NCBI GenBank assembly: GCA_028534125.1
Contig: CM052817.1
Coordinates: 124,001-188,000, forward strand
Length of the DNA stretch: 64,000 nucleotides
Source of the DNA: Lama glama
Taxonomy: Eukaryota
Direction of reading: 5' to 3'
In this document: piece after piece, positions 15,580 through 26,779 of the stretch
Numbering within the stretch: the stretch's first letter is position 1
Layout of the letters: each line of letters begins with the position of its first letter
The notes under the pieces: model-generated
What the model saw: only the letters and a program-made list of their open reading frames with translations
What the model was told of the DNA's origin: nothing
The model's database searches: none
Translations under genes and position numbers: made by a program

Positions 15580-16380
15580 CACGTGCGGGTGACCGGGCGG
15601 GGCTGGAGGGGCGGGGAGAGGTTCAGGGCTAAGCCCAACTGTGTGTGTTGGGCTGGGCTCTGGGCAGAGCCATGGGGTCTCAGAGCGGAGTCTGGGGGAA
15701 GAAGCGGGGCGGGGGGGGGGGCGGGATGGAGGGCGGGATTTCCGGAACTGGCAGGCCCAGTTCTCACTGGCTGGTTCTCTGATGAGGCGGGCGCTCTGGG
15801 CGCACCGGGACACTGGCGGGTGGGAGGAGCGGGCAGAATCAAATGCCGGTGGTTGGGGCTCACTGGAGTCCTGGTCTAGGCCTGTCCCCCTGCCCCTGTC
15901 CCCAAGCCCCCAGCCCCCGTGCCTGAGCCCTGACACCCCGTACCGTGGCGTTGGAGTAGCTGAGTAGGCTGATCACGAGTAGGAAGACCCAGCGACGTGC
16001 ATAGGCGCGGTAGCCTCGCAGCGCATCCAGGGTGGGGGCCGTGGGGGCCTTGGCGGCCCCAGGCCCATTCCCCACCTGTCCCGCCATCGCTGCGGTGCCC
16101 CCGGCCGCCGGCTTTTGGAAAGGCGTGTGAGCCCGGACGGCCCTCCGAGGTGGGGCCCAGGCCGCCTCGGAGGTGGGGTCCAGTCAGTCTCCGCCCCGGG
16201 GTCAGGGATCACCAACCCGCCAGGCGGAAAAGAGACAAATTAAGAAGTTGGATCCTCCCCGTCGGCCAGGACGGAAGTCTGCCGCAGAAGCTGGGACAAA
16301 GTCCCCTCGCAGGGGCCAAGCCGGGTGGTGGCCCCTGCCGCGCACCGGGTGGTTGCAGGAGAGGGCGCCCTGAAGTTACT
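15580..16380. promoter_or_regulatory. CpG/GC-box-rich promoter and first-intron region of SLC49A3
   Basis: Elevated CpG, several GGGCGG boxes, TTCCGGAA near 15740, G-run near 15710-15721. Confidence 0.6.
15944..16087 (-). CDS. SLC49A3: SLC49A3/MFSD7 MFS transporter, coding exon 1 (MAGQVG...YARRWVFLLVISLLSYSNAT); joined CDS 1527 nt, 508 aa
   Basis: ATG at 16087; YARRW motif; GT donor at 15943; all 10 exons join in frame without internal stops. Confidence 0.95.
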
Positions 16381-17059
16381 GTCTAGCAGAAGGCCTTTCC
16401 TGACGGGGGTGGTGGAAAGGTTCCCTCTGCCATCCCCACCCCAATTCCTGCAGGAGCAGCAGGAGGCCAGCCTGGAACAGGGGGCTGGGGTCAGGCTGCA
16501 GAGCCTCGAATCCATGCTGGTCATCAGACTCAGCCCTGTAGAGAAGCAGGACAGATAGGGGTTGGGGGTGGTGGGCAGGGTGGTGCTGGCCGAGGAAGAA
16601 GGGGGAGGCCAGCCTATCCTCTTACCCAGGGAAAGGGCTGTTCCGGAGCCCCGGTCCTTGGGCCAGGGAGGGGCAGGCAGCCTCCCCAGTTTGGTTATTA
16701 TCTGCAGTTCACAGCTGAGAAAACAGCTGGGTTTCTGTTTGTTTCAGATGGAGAGACCTGTGGGCTGGAAGGCAGGGAGGGTGGAGGTATCAACCTGTTT
16801 CTCTTCCACAAGAGCTCCCCTGTGGGCAGGCAGTCTCCTGTGCATTCCTCCCCACCCAGAGGTCCTCCTCCCCACCCAGAGTTCCTCCTCAGACATCTCT
16901 CCACTCCTCCCCAGTACCTCTCCTCCTGAGGTCACTAACGTGAGGCTGACATAAATGGACACAACGCTGGCCTTGCACTAGTGCTCCTCCCCTTCTCCAG
17001 CCCTCCTGCTCTACTTGGGGCTCCCCCACCCCCACCCGACATCCAGAGGGCTCTTCTGT

Positions 17060-18410
17060 GGAGTAGGCAGCTCAGCAAGGCTGCTGGATGTGAGATCAGC
17101 AACTGATTACATTTCTACTCACCAACCTTGAGCATGTGGAAACCAAAATTAAAGACATATACAATTTACAGTTACTTCAAAGAAAATTAAATACTCGGGT
17201 GTAAACCGTGCAAAATGTCCACAGGACTTGGATGCTAAAAATGATGCAACACTAATGGAAGAAATCAACAAAGACCTAAGAGATAGACCACGTTCTTGGA
17301 ACAGAAGGCTCAGCATAGTAAAGACGTCAGGTCTTCCCAGGTTGAGCTACAGGTTTCACACAATGCCATTGGTGGGCTTCTGTAGACGTGGACTGGGAGA
17401 AAGTGTCTGCGAACCACACAGCCCACAAAGAACCGCCATCTAGAATATATAAAGAACCCCCAAAACTCAACTCAAAAAAAAAAGTCCAGTTACAAAATGG
17501 CCAAAGGACACCAAGGAATATTTCAATGAGGAGAATATATGAATGGCGGGTAACATCATCAGCCATTGGGAAAATGCAAATTAAAACCACAGTGAGTATG
17601 CCTGCACACCTTTCAGACTGGCTGAAGTGAAACTCAGTGACACCGAGTGCTGGCTGGCGTTTGCTGGGTCACTCACGCACTGCTCTAAGGTTGAGAAATG
17701 TTACAGCCACTATGGGAAACAGATTGGCATTTTCTTATCAGACTTGCGTGCCATTATCCTAGGACCAAGCAGCCGCCTTCTTTGGCATTTACCCCAGAAA
17801 AGCAAAAATTTGTGTTCACACAAAAACTGTACCCAAATGTTTGTAACAGCCTTATGTGGGACAGCCCCAAAACTGGGAAGAACTCAGATGTCTTTCCAGG
17901 GGTGAGTGGTGAAGCTAGTGGAGTGGGGGGCATCCTCCGTGGAACAAAGCAGACGGTTCAAACGCGCAGCAGCCAGGTGAATCTCAGTGTAGTTACGCCC
18001 AGCAGGGGAAAGCCACACTGCAAAGTTTAGCTACAATATGATTCCATTGTACAACATTTTTGAAAAGATAAAATTTTAGAAGTGGGGAACAAATGAGCAG
18101 TTTTGGGGACTGGGGAACAGGAGGGACCCCAGTGATGGACATGCTCTGCATCTTGAGTGTGTATACACTCAAGGATACACCACCTAGACGTACGATAACA
18201 CTCGTGTCACGTACACACACATGTGAGTGACAGGGAAACTGGGGAATCTGCATGGATCCCGGATTGTGTCCACATCTGTGTTTTGCAAGATGTTATTTTA
18301 GGGGAAACTGGGAAAAATGTACAAGGAATCGTGCTGTTACTTCTTACAACTGTGTTTGCACCTCTAATAATTTCAAAATAAGAAGTTTAATTTTTAAAAC
18401 TTACACACTA
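17060..18410 (+). mobile_element. Old LINE-1 (L1M-type) 3' fragment(s)
   Basis: A-rich; L1 ORF2-like peptide (MEEINKDL) and typical L1 phrases such as gaaaatgcaaattaaaaccaca and cacacaaaaactgtacc. Confidence 0.85.
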
Positions 18411-19089
18411 AAAAAACAAATAAAACTTACACACTATTTGGAAATAGTGACTTTTTCTACTCTCACATTTAATGAAAAGGTTTTGTTTAAATTGTGGACG
18501 AGCATCTTCCACAGAAGCATCCACACTGTTCAGGTTTGCATCTCACAGCGTAAGAGCGCCCGCAGGCCCTGAGGATCCATTTGCACGCCTCGGGACGTCG
18601 CATCTTGAAGACGTACATCCGGTAGTGATCGCCACACAAAAACCACCTTGTGTCTTGCTTTTGAAAATTATCTGTAAGGCTTGTTTAAAATAATATTCAA
18701 CACACATAATTATGCCTAAACCTGTGTTTCGATGTCTTTTCTCCTTTTCTTTTAAAGAAACGTAGGCTCCTCTCAGCGTCTCAAACTACCATCAACAGGC
18801 TTCTGCAGGCGAACGTGTCTTCCTTAAACAGTGGCCTGCTTAGAACCAAGCAACTGGGAGGGGTCTCTTTGCCAAGACTGAAGCAAAGGCAGCTCCTCTT
18901 TGCTGAGGATAACATCGAGGGAGAAAGCTAACCTTATTGAAGGAGGTGCCCCGTCCTGTTTGTTTGGTTTGACTTGGTTTTTATCTTCTCCTCTCAGGAG
19001 AATGTCGGCTATGTGAGGGCAGGAACCCGTCTGTCCACACCTGAATCCCTGGAGCAGGATGGGACTGGCCCCATGGCAGTGGCTGAGAG

Positions 19090-22000
19090 TGGCAGTGTGT
19101 GGGGTGGGTGACCTTCGGGGCAGCCCCATGTCTCCAGGGCCCACGGCCTGCCTGGCAGGTTCTCCTAGGGGTGGCCCGCTCCCCCAAAGCGCACATCCGG
19201 GGCAGGAGCCGTCCGGGCCTGTCTGATGCGGAAGCACACCCGTCCCTCCCAGCGTCTGGGCCTGTGCTCATCACACTCGTGTCCCCACTGCCGGAAGCCC
19301 ACGCACGCCCGCACCACCCGTGGCCAGGAACTGAGCAAGCAGATCCGGATCTGGACTCTCAGGCTACCTCCGAGAGGACAGTGTGACTTCGTCCTTACCC
19401 ACATGGGAGGCCAGTCAGGGACTCGGCCCATTGAAAACACTTGACAATCTGCCCTGGACGTAAGACTGTTTGCTTAAACGAGGGAAAGCTCTGGTTGCCG
19501 CAGCCTGTGTCCACCCCAGGGCTGCACCCCATCAGCTCCTCTGCCTCTTTCCAGCCGCGCCCCAGGCAGGTCAGCACGGGGGCTCACCGACACCCTAAGT
19601 CATGGAAACACGTGTCTGTGTCCCGGCTTGCTGGCCCCTTCCCACTGAGGACTCCGGTCCCATCCACATGTCTCAGAACCCCTCAGCCTGTCGGAGTGGA
19701 AGCTGGCTCCCTCACTGCTGTGTGTGTCTGTGCGTATGAGTCAGGCAACTGTGTGTGTGTGAGAGAGAGAGAGAAAGGTGGGTGTAACGTCGTGCATGGC
19801 TCATGGCTGACATTCGTCTATTTTGTACCTGTGCCTAGTGGGAGGTGGGCCTCTAGTGTGTGTTCACAGCATGTTATGTAAGGTTGTGTGGTGTAAGAGA
19901 GTTTTGTCTTCTGCGTATACATGGGGTGAAATGGTTACCTACCTTTTCTGTCTGTGGGCATCTAATTCTTCGATGTACAGTGAATGAAGGGTGTGTGAGA
20001 GACGTGAGTGTCCAACTTATTTGTTCAAAGTGTGAAGTGAGTGTCTTTTTCCTCTATGTGGCTGAAATTAGTTTCTCCTTTTTATGGCTATTGTGTGGCA
20101 TATTTTGTGTATCTATAAGAAAAAATAGTTACCAAGTTTTCTGATGTACCCTGGAAACGAGTATCTGTTCGTGTGCATATGCTGAAAGTTGAAAATCTAA
20201 TATTTTGTTATGGTATGAGATAGGCACGTCTTTTTTGAATGTCCTTTTCCAAAGTTGTCTGGTATTTTTAGGCTCTCCCTGAGTAGGTCAGGGGTCTTAG
20301 AATGTGTCACCTCAATACACACACATCCTTCTTGTGGACATCCTTGAGAGTTTTAGTTTTGAGTTGGAAAAACCGCACAAGTTAGGGATGAGTATTATTT
20401 CACTGGTGATGGTTAAATTAGAATCCGGCGTCAGCCGTTGCCGACGTGGCATCTTCTGCTGGTCTGAGTGCCGTTCCCCATCAGGCCAGGAGCCAGAGGG
20501 TGGCTGGCTTCCCTGTCTTTCCTGGGTCAGGAGTCTCAGCATTCTCTTCACGTTAGTGTCTGGATCTGCCAGGTCAGGTTAGCCCTCAGATCTGCAACCT
20601 CGGCTTCTCTCTCATCAAGTGTTGCCTCTGTGTCCCCCACCTCTTCTGCCAGCCCCGGGCCACAGCTGCCCGTTGACCTGCCTTCCTGCTGCACACAGAT
20701 GCCCCTTGGTTGATGCACCCACTCCTCCAGGCCAGGCACCGCTCCAGGGGCAGGGAGTGCAGCTCTGAAGAGAAGGGACAAAACACACCCCTGCCTTCCA
20801 GGGAGCCTGGTTTCCAGAGGGGAGATGAGGACAACAGAAAGGAAAGAAGACGGTCTGTCCGCTCCTGAAGATGGTGAGCCCCGGGAAAAGTGGGAAAAGC
20901 ACAGAGCGGGTAGCAGCCCATTTGCTTGCAATTCTTAAAGTTTTTATTACGGAAAATTTGAAACAAACACAGAGGGAACAAGAATTGCATAATAAATACA
21001 CACAGACACATCGCTCGACTCCAGCAAGGATTGACTACGGCCAATCTTGTTTTCTCTGGGCCCCTCCCTGACCCTACTCCCCCAAGGTATCCTGACAAAA
21101 TCTCAGACACCGTATCATTTCCATCCATAGATATTTCACTCTCTCTCTCTGAAAGATAAGGACTCAAAAAGACACACCATGATACCATGCTGACATCAAA
21201 TATTGCAACAGCGTCCAGTCGCTCCAACTGATGCCTGCGTGTCTAGTTTAGTTTGTTTGATCAGGACCCAAATAAGCCGTTGGTCAACACTCACTTCCCT
21301 TTCCATCTGTAGCTTCCCTTGCTGTATCTCTTCAATCCCTTGCAAGTTGTTTCTGGAAGGAGCAGTTTCTCACACCACAGCTCCTGGTACAGCCTGAGTG
21401 GTCTCACGCCGCACCTGTGTGCCCTGTAGGCAGCGGAGACAGGAGCCTCCGTCTGGGTCTCCTGGGAGGCAGAGCCTGAGACAAGGACGCAGTGCTGCCG
21501 CACTGGGGAGACGCTCCTAGGAAGCAGGAAAGAGCAAGAAGGGAGAGACAGGCAGGAGGAAATGCCAGACACAGAAGCACACGAAAGGGCACCTCCCACA
21601 GGAAGGGGCTGGAGCAGCACCCGCTGCCTCCCCACCACGGCGCAGGGCTGACCCAGGCAGCACGTCTCACTCGCGCGCCGTGTGCGGTCACAAGGCTCCT
21701 CCTTCCCCTTGCTGGGGAAGACCTGGGATGGAGAGGGTCTTGCCTGGGACAGGCAGAGGTGGGCACGCAGATACGGATCTGCTGCCCCTGGAGTCAGGCT
21801 GGACCTCTTGGTGATGCTGCCCTTTCCTCAGAAGGCCCAAAATGTCTGACTACTCCCTTTGGTGATGTTAGCACACGGGTGGGCATTTCCATCGGGGCTG
21901 TGAGAGGGCAGAATTGCAATTCTATATTTCTTCTTCATTTATGAGCTGGAATATTCACAAAGAAAGGCGACCCCTCACCACATCTTTGGCTACCCTGAGA

Positions 22001-23113
22001 TGCAGTCTGTGTATATGGGAAGGCAGATGGTTGGTTTTCTCCATCATTTGCCAGGTTTAAACATTACGAGTTGGCTCCTCAGAGCTCCACAGCACGGCCA
22101 CGCTGGTTTGCTGTCGGCGGCGCTGTGTGGCTTGCTCTCAGCGGTGTTGTGCAGTCGTGGTTTGTTTTAACCTTCTGCTGCCCTCACTCTCTTCTGATGC
22201 TCAGTGGCCGGTATAGGCCCATGGAGACTGCCTGGGCTGGGCCTGGCTCCTGTCCACGGTGCTCCGAGCAGTGCCTTTGCTTTCTGAGATCTTGTTCACT
22301 TCCTGATTCACGTTCAAGTGGGCCCGTGACCTTCCCGGCCCTTTGAACATGTGGGAAACACTTACCTGAACTGTTTTAACGTCGTCGTGTTGGGGTGAGC
22401 CTGCCTCGGTAACTGACCCCCTCCGTCATCGTGGGTCGCAGGTCCCCCTCTGCACGCCCGCTAAGTGCAGCTGGCCCAGGCGTGGTGCCGTGTCCGCACG
22501 GAGGGTGCTCCTGTCCAGTCCCTGGGCTTTGTCCCTGCGCGGTCGGGTCCTGTTCTTCCAATCCTCTCCCTGCTGAGGCCTGGTGCCCTGCCTGTGTGGC
22601 CTCCTGAGTGTCTCCTTGGCCTCCCCGGGGCTCGTCCCAGCCCTGGGCCTCTCCCTCCCTGCACACCCACCTCCAGGCCACGCCCAGGACTCAGACCCTC
22701 TGCTCAGCGGGCAGCCCTCCTCTCCCGCCCCAGCCCTGCTGGCTCCAGCGCCTCGGCTCCAGCGCTGGCCAGTGTTTTAGGTGCTTCCCGTGGGAGGGCG
22801 AACTCAGCGCCTCCACACACATGCTGGCGTCAGGCAGCAGGCACGGGGGGCTGTGTCCTCCTGCTCATCCCAGGGCTCTGGAGTCGGTGCTGGCCGCTGA
22901 CTGCTTCTGTGCCGCTTGCCCCTCTCTGTGTCCTACGAGGTGTTCAGGGAGAGGTAAGCCCCGCTGCTGCCACAACTTCCCAGGATCCACACGGATTTCT
23001 GACACGGGCAACTGCGTGGCACACACAGTGACCTCCACATACTGGGTAGCGGTTGCAGGCTGAACTCCCTTCATCCTTCTTGCCTGTCTTAACGATATGC
23101 CCCGGACATGGTG
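19090..23113 (-). pseudogene. Putative unannotated, decayed Tudor-domain gene (two extended-Tudor-like units, TQT motif, coiled coil)
   Basis: Exon-like segments starting at 23113, at 21516-21415, 21352-21295, about 20690-20215, 19472-19399 and starting at 19330; Tudor-like motifs spread over shifted frames with stops (see findings). Confidence 0.55.
20705..20850 (-). mobile_element. LINE-2 3'-end fragment
   Basis: ccaggcaccgctccagggg...cctgccttccagggagcctggtttccag pattern resembles the reverse of the L2 terminus. Confidence 0.55.
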
Positions 23114-23719
23114 CTAGAGGAGGCCCGGTGACAGCCTGCCCAGGTGCCGGCCCTCCTTTTACAGCTGCAAGGACCCTGTGTAGAGGTTCAACAGCTTATG
23201 AATTACCCGCACTTGCTGACATGTGGACTGTTCCAGTTTTTTCTATTATAAATTTGTTGCAATTAATAGTCTTGTTCACGCATCTTTTGCATTTTTGCCA
23301 GTGTGTCTTTGGGATAAACTCCTCTGTGGGGATTGCTGGGCCAAAGAGTAAATACCCACATACTTTGCTGGATGCTGTCAATCTCACCTCCAATCCCACC
23401 AGCGACACAGGAGATGAGAGCCTTGCCAATGAGATAAGTTGTCCAGAGCTGAGGCTTTGTTGCCAGATTGGTCAGGAGAGGCCTCAGAAGATATGTGAGC
23501 AGAGACTGAGGGTGGGAGGAGTGTGGGTGGCAGGGACGAGCCACCCAGGCTGGGAGCAGCTCGGCCTCGGCCTTCAGGTGCAAGGGCTCAGCATGAGGAG
23601 GGCTGCACAGCCGGAAAAAGTGAGCAGGAAGGGGAGCAGAGGCCAAGCCAGAGTTGAGGCAGGGCCCAGGCCCAGCACAGGACCTCAGGGACTTGGAGCA
23701 GCCCCTGGGCCCCTAAGCA

Positions 23720-24040
23720 GAGGCCTGGTGCACTCTGACTGAGGTGTTAAGGTGTCAGCTCATTGGCTGCTCTGTTGAGGATAGAATGGAGGCGGGGGTG
23801 GAGGCTGTGTCTCCAGCCCAGATGAGACAGGTGGGCTCAGGCCAGGACAGCAGCTGTGGAGGCTTGGAGCCACGCCTGGATGAAGGCATGCTTGACAATA
23901 GAGCCAACAGGACTTCCCTGTGAACTGGATGTGGGATAACAGAGAAAGAGAGGAGTCAGGAATGAGTCCAAGTGTTTGTGCTCCAGGAACAGAAAAGATG
24001 GAGCTGCCACTGGCTGAGATGGGGAGACAGGAGAGGGGTC
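23720..24040 (-). mobile_element. LINE-2 fragment
   Basis: Phrases such as ggatgtggg...gagaggagtcaggaatgagtccaag...gatggagctgccactggctgagatgggg resemble the L2 consensus. Confidence 0.55.
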
Positions 24041-26779
24041 ATGTCCTGAACCTGACAGGAATTATGTCTGCTGTTCAGCGAGGGGCACATCGCTGCACAC
24101 ACACTGGAGGGTCACCAGCATCAGGACAGAGCTCAAAACCATGCGGCATTGTGAGGTCGCTGGCCAGGAGAGACCTCGAGGAGAGGAGGGGAGGATGGCT
24201 GGGGGGCTGAGAAGGTGTTAGTCAGAGGGATGGGCAGAGGGAGCATTTCTGGGAGGAGAGAGCAGCACGGGGGTTGCAGAGATGACACAGACCTGGACCA
24301 GAGTGCTTTACTTGGGGAAGGCAGAAGCCCAGGGGGATGGGATGACACGGGGAGGGAAACTGGAGAGGGCAAGTGTGGACAGCTCTTCTGAGGAGCCGTG
24401 CTGCAGACGAGTAGAGAAGTGAGGTGCATGGTCGAGAGTGGGCCTGTTTTGTCCTGTCCCGTTGGTAGGATGGGCAGCCTCACTGAAACCTCAGTCAGAT
24501 AGGATGGCCCTTGAGGGCAGGGAAGGGGGTCAGCTGGGTGTGGAGGATGTCAGCCCCGGGGCATGGCTGGGTGGCAGAGGTGTGAGGACAACTGGCCCCC
24601 GGGAAGGAGGCGGCATGGACATGGTGGGGTGGGAGTCTCCTCTCACTACTTGTGTCCTGGTTCTGGTTCCTTCTTTCTGGCCTTTCCTATTGAGGTATAA
24701 CCACACAAATGTAACCTGTGCACTTCAGTGAGTTCTGACCCATTTCTACACCCAGGAGCTTATCACCACCAACAACACAACACACATTTCCATCACCCCA
24801 GGTTTCCTCGGGCCCCTGTGCCCACTGCTTGTGCTTTTGCCCTGAGTGAGGCCCCTGGAGGACCTGGGGCAGAGGACGAACATTCTCTGGTTGGTGTGTT
24901 ATGAGAGTCACTATTGCATGTTGAGAATAAATTCAAGGGCCCCGGGAACGAAGCAGGAGACCCGTCTGCGGTCTGTGCGCCAAGTGGGGAGTCGATGGCC
25001 CGGGGCGGTGGGGGGGTGGGGGACCTGTGGCAGATTCTGAGGCATCTGCTGACAGTGGGCCTGGGCATGGGAGGAAGGACCCCCGTGCTTCTGTTCAGCA
25101 GGCAGGATAGAGTCCAGCATCTCTGCAATGAGGCTGGGGGTAGGTCAGAGTTGACATTCTGACATCAGAGCCTGAGCTCCCTAGAGATAACCCCAGCAGA
25201 GATGTGGCTGGGCATCTGGACACAGCTGGAGCCCAGGCTTCAAGGTCAAGGTATGGGGTGTTGTCACCGGCCCAGATGTCTGGTCTGCACCCCTGGTGAG
25301 AGACCCTGGGCCTGGAACAAATGTGGAGCTGTGGCTAGGCCTCACACACTTGCTCCTGGCTCTCCCCCATGTGCAGGCAGGTGGCCACGGTGTCAGAGGC
25401 ATGTCAGATGACTTCTGGGGTCACTTTGCCCTAGGCCTAGGGTTGCTCCTGGCCTGCTGTCCCCTGGGCCTCCACTTCTGATCTGGGTCATAAACAGAAG
25501 CAGCTAGGAGAGATCTGCACCAGGGTCGGCCTCCCCCAGTGTGTAGGGCAGCCAGCCATCCCCTGGATCTGGTCCCCAGTCCTAGATGGGGACTTGGGCT
25601 CAGTCAGCATGGTCAGTCTCCTCCTGTGCCCAGCCAGCAGCAGTGAGGCTGCCAGGGCTCCAGCCAAAACAGAAAACAGCCTTCTCCTCCCAGCATCCTG
25701 AGTCCTGTTTGTGGCTTCCAGTCTATAATTGCATTTGCCTCTTCCCTTGAGCAGTCCGTTTCACCCCAACACTGCACCCACACTGCACTTGCCACGGCCC
25801 CCGTGGGGCCCCACTTCCTTCACCCCTCCAGCAGTTGACTAGACATCTCTCATCCCTAGGGGTCCTTCTCCCCGGTCTGCTCCATCTGGATCTTTCTTCC
25901 TGGCTGCTCCTGGACTCCAGAATTTCTCTTCTGGGAGGGCTGCAGGGGGCTTGGTCCCCCATTCCTCATTCACTCACTTGACCATCTCCAGATGCTGCAA
26001 GCCCACTGCACTCCTGCACCACAGCCTCACAGCAGCCCCACTGGGGTTCTAGAGACATCATCTTCCCCAGATGGTCAGCAGCCACCCCATCCTGCCTGCT
26101 TTCATGCCGGCACCCCCAGCAGACCCCATCATTTCTGCCCTCCATGGCACCACCACGTGCACAGCTTCCTGTTCCAGTCCCGCCCCACAGACACAGGGCA
26201 CCCAGAGGCCAGTCCCATGGCCATAGCCCTTCACTCAGCCCACCCAGTGACCTCACTATCTGACCTCATCTCTAGCCTCTTTCTACCCTCTAGCTTTCAG
26301 GCTGATCTCTAGAAAGCATCCTTCACGCCCCGCCCCACCAACTTTGGGGCCAGGGGCTGGATGGACTCCTTGCCTATGAACTGTCCCCAATCCCTGGTAT
26401 CTGCAGGGCTCGCTCCTGCGTCTCTTCCGTGCCCATTCACTCTATTGTAACCATCTCCGAACACCCACTGCCTCCCCTATCCGGCTTGTTTCCCCCATGA
26501 CACCACATTTACGTCTTCCTCTATTTCCACCCCCTACCCCCTGCAGTGAGGACCCCACGAGGGCGTCACGGTCACTACTTGCAGCTCCAGGGCGGGGCCT
26601 GCAGAAACGAGTTTTGGGGTCAGCCTTGCTGCCTTATGTCCGGAAGCCTGGGATGCAGGGTCCCTGTCTGTCCGCGGCGTCCCCGCTCCCGCCTGGGGCA
26701 CTGAGGGCGCTCGGTGCTAGTTCTCAAGAAGGACAGAAATGGAAGAAAGAAACCTCCTCCCTCGAAGGAAACCGCTGGC

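Noticed and set aside
23420..23505. Possible extra exon of the Tudor-like relic (SLLTYLLRPLLTNLATKPQLWTTYLI)
   Set aside because: Phase-compatible, but it needs a GC donor and has no diagnostic motif, so it is not supportable without alignments
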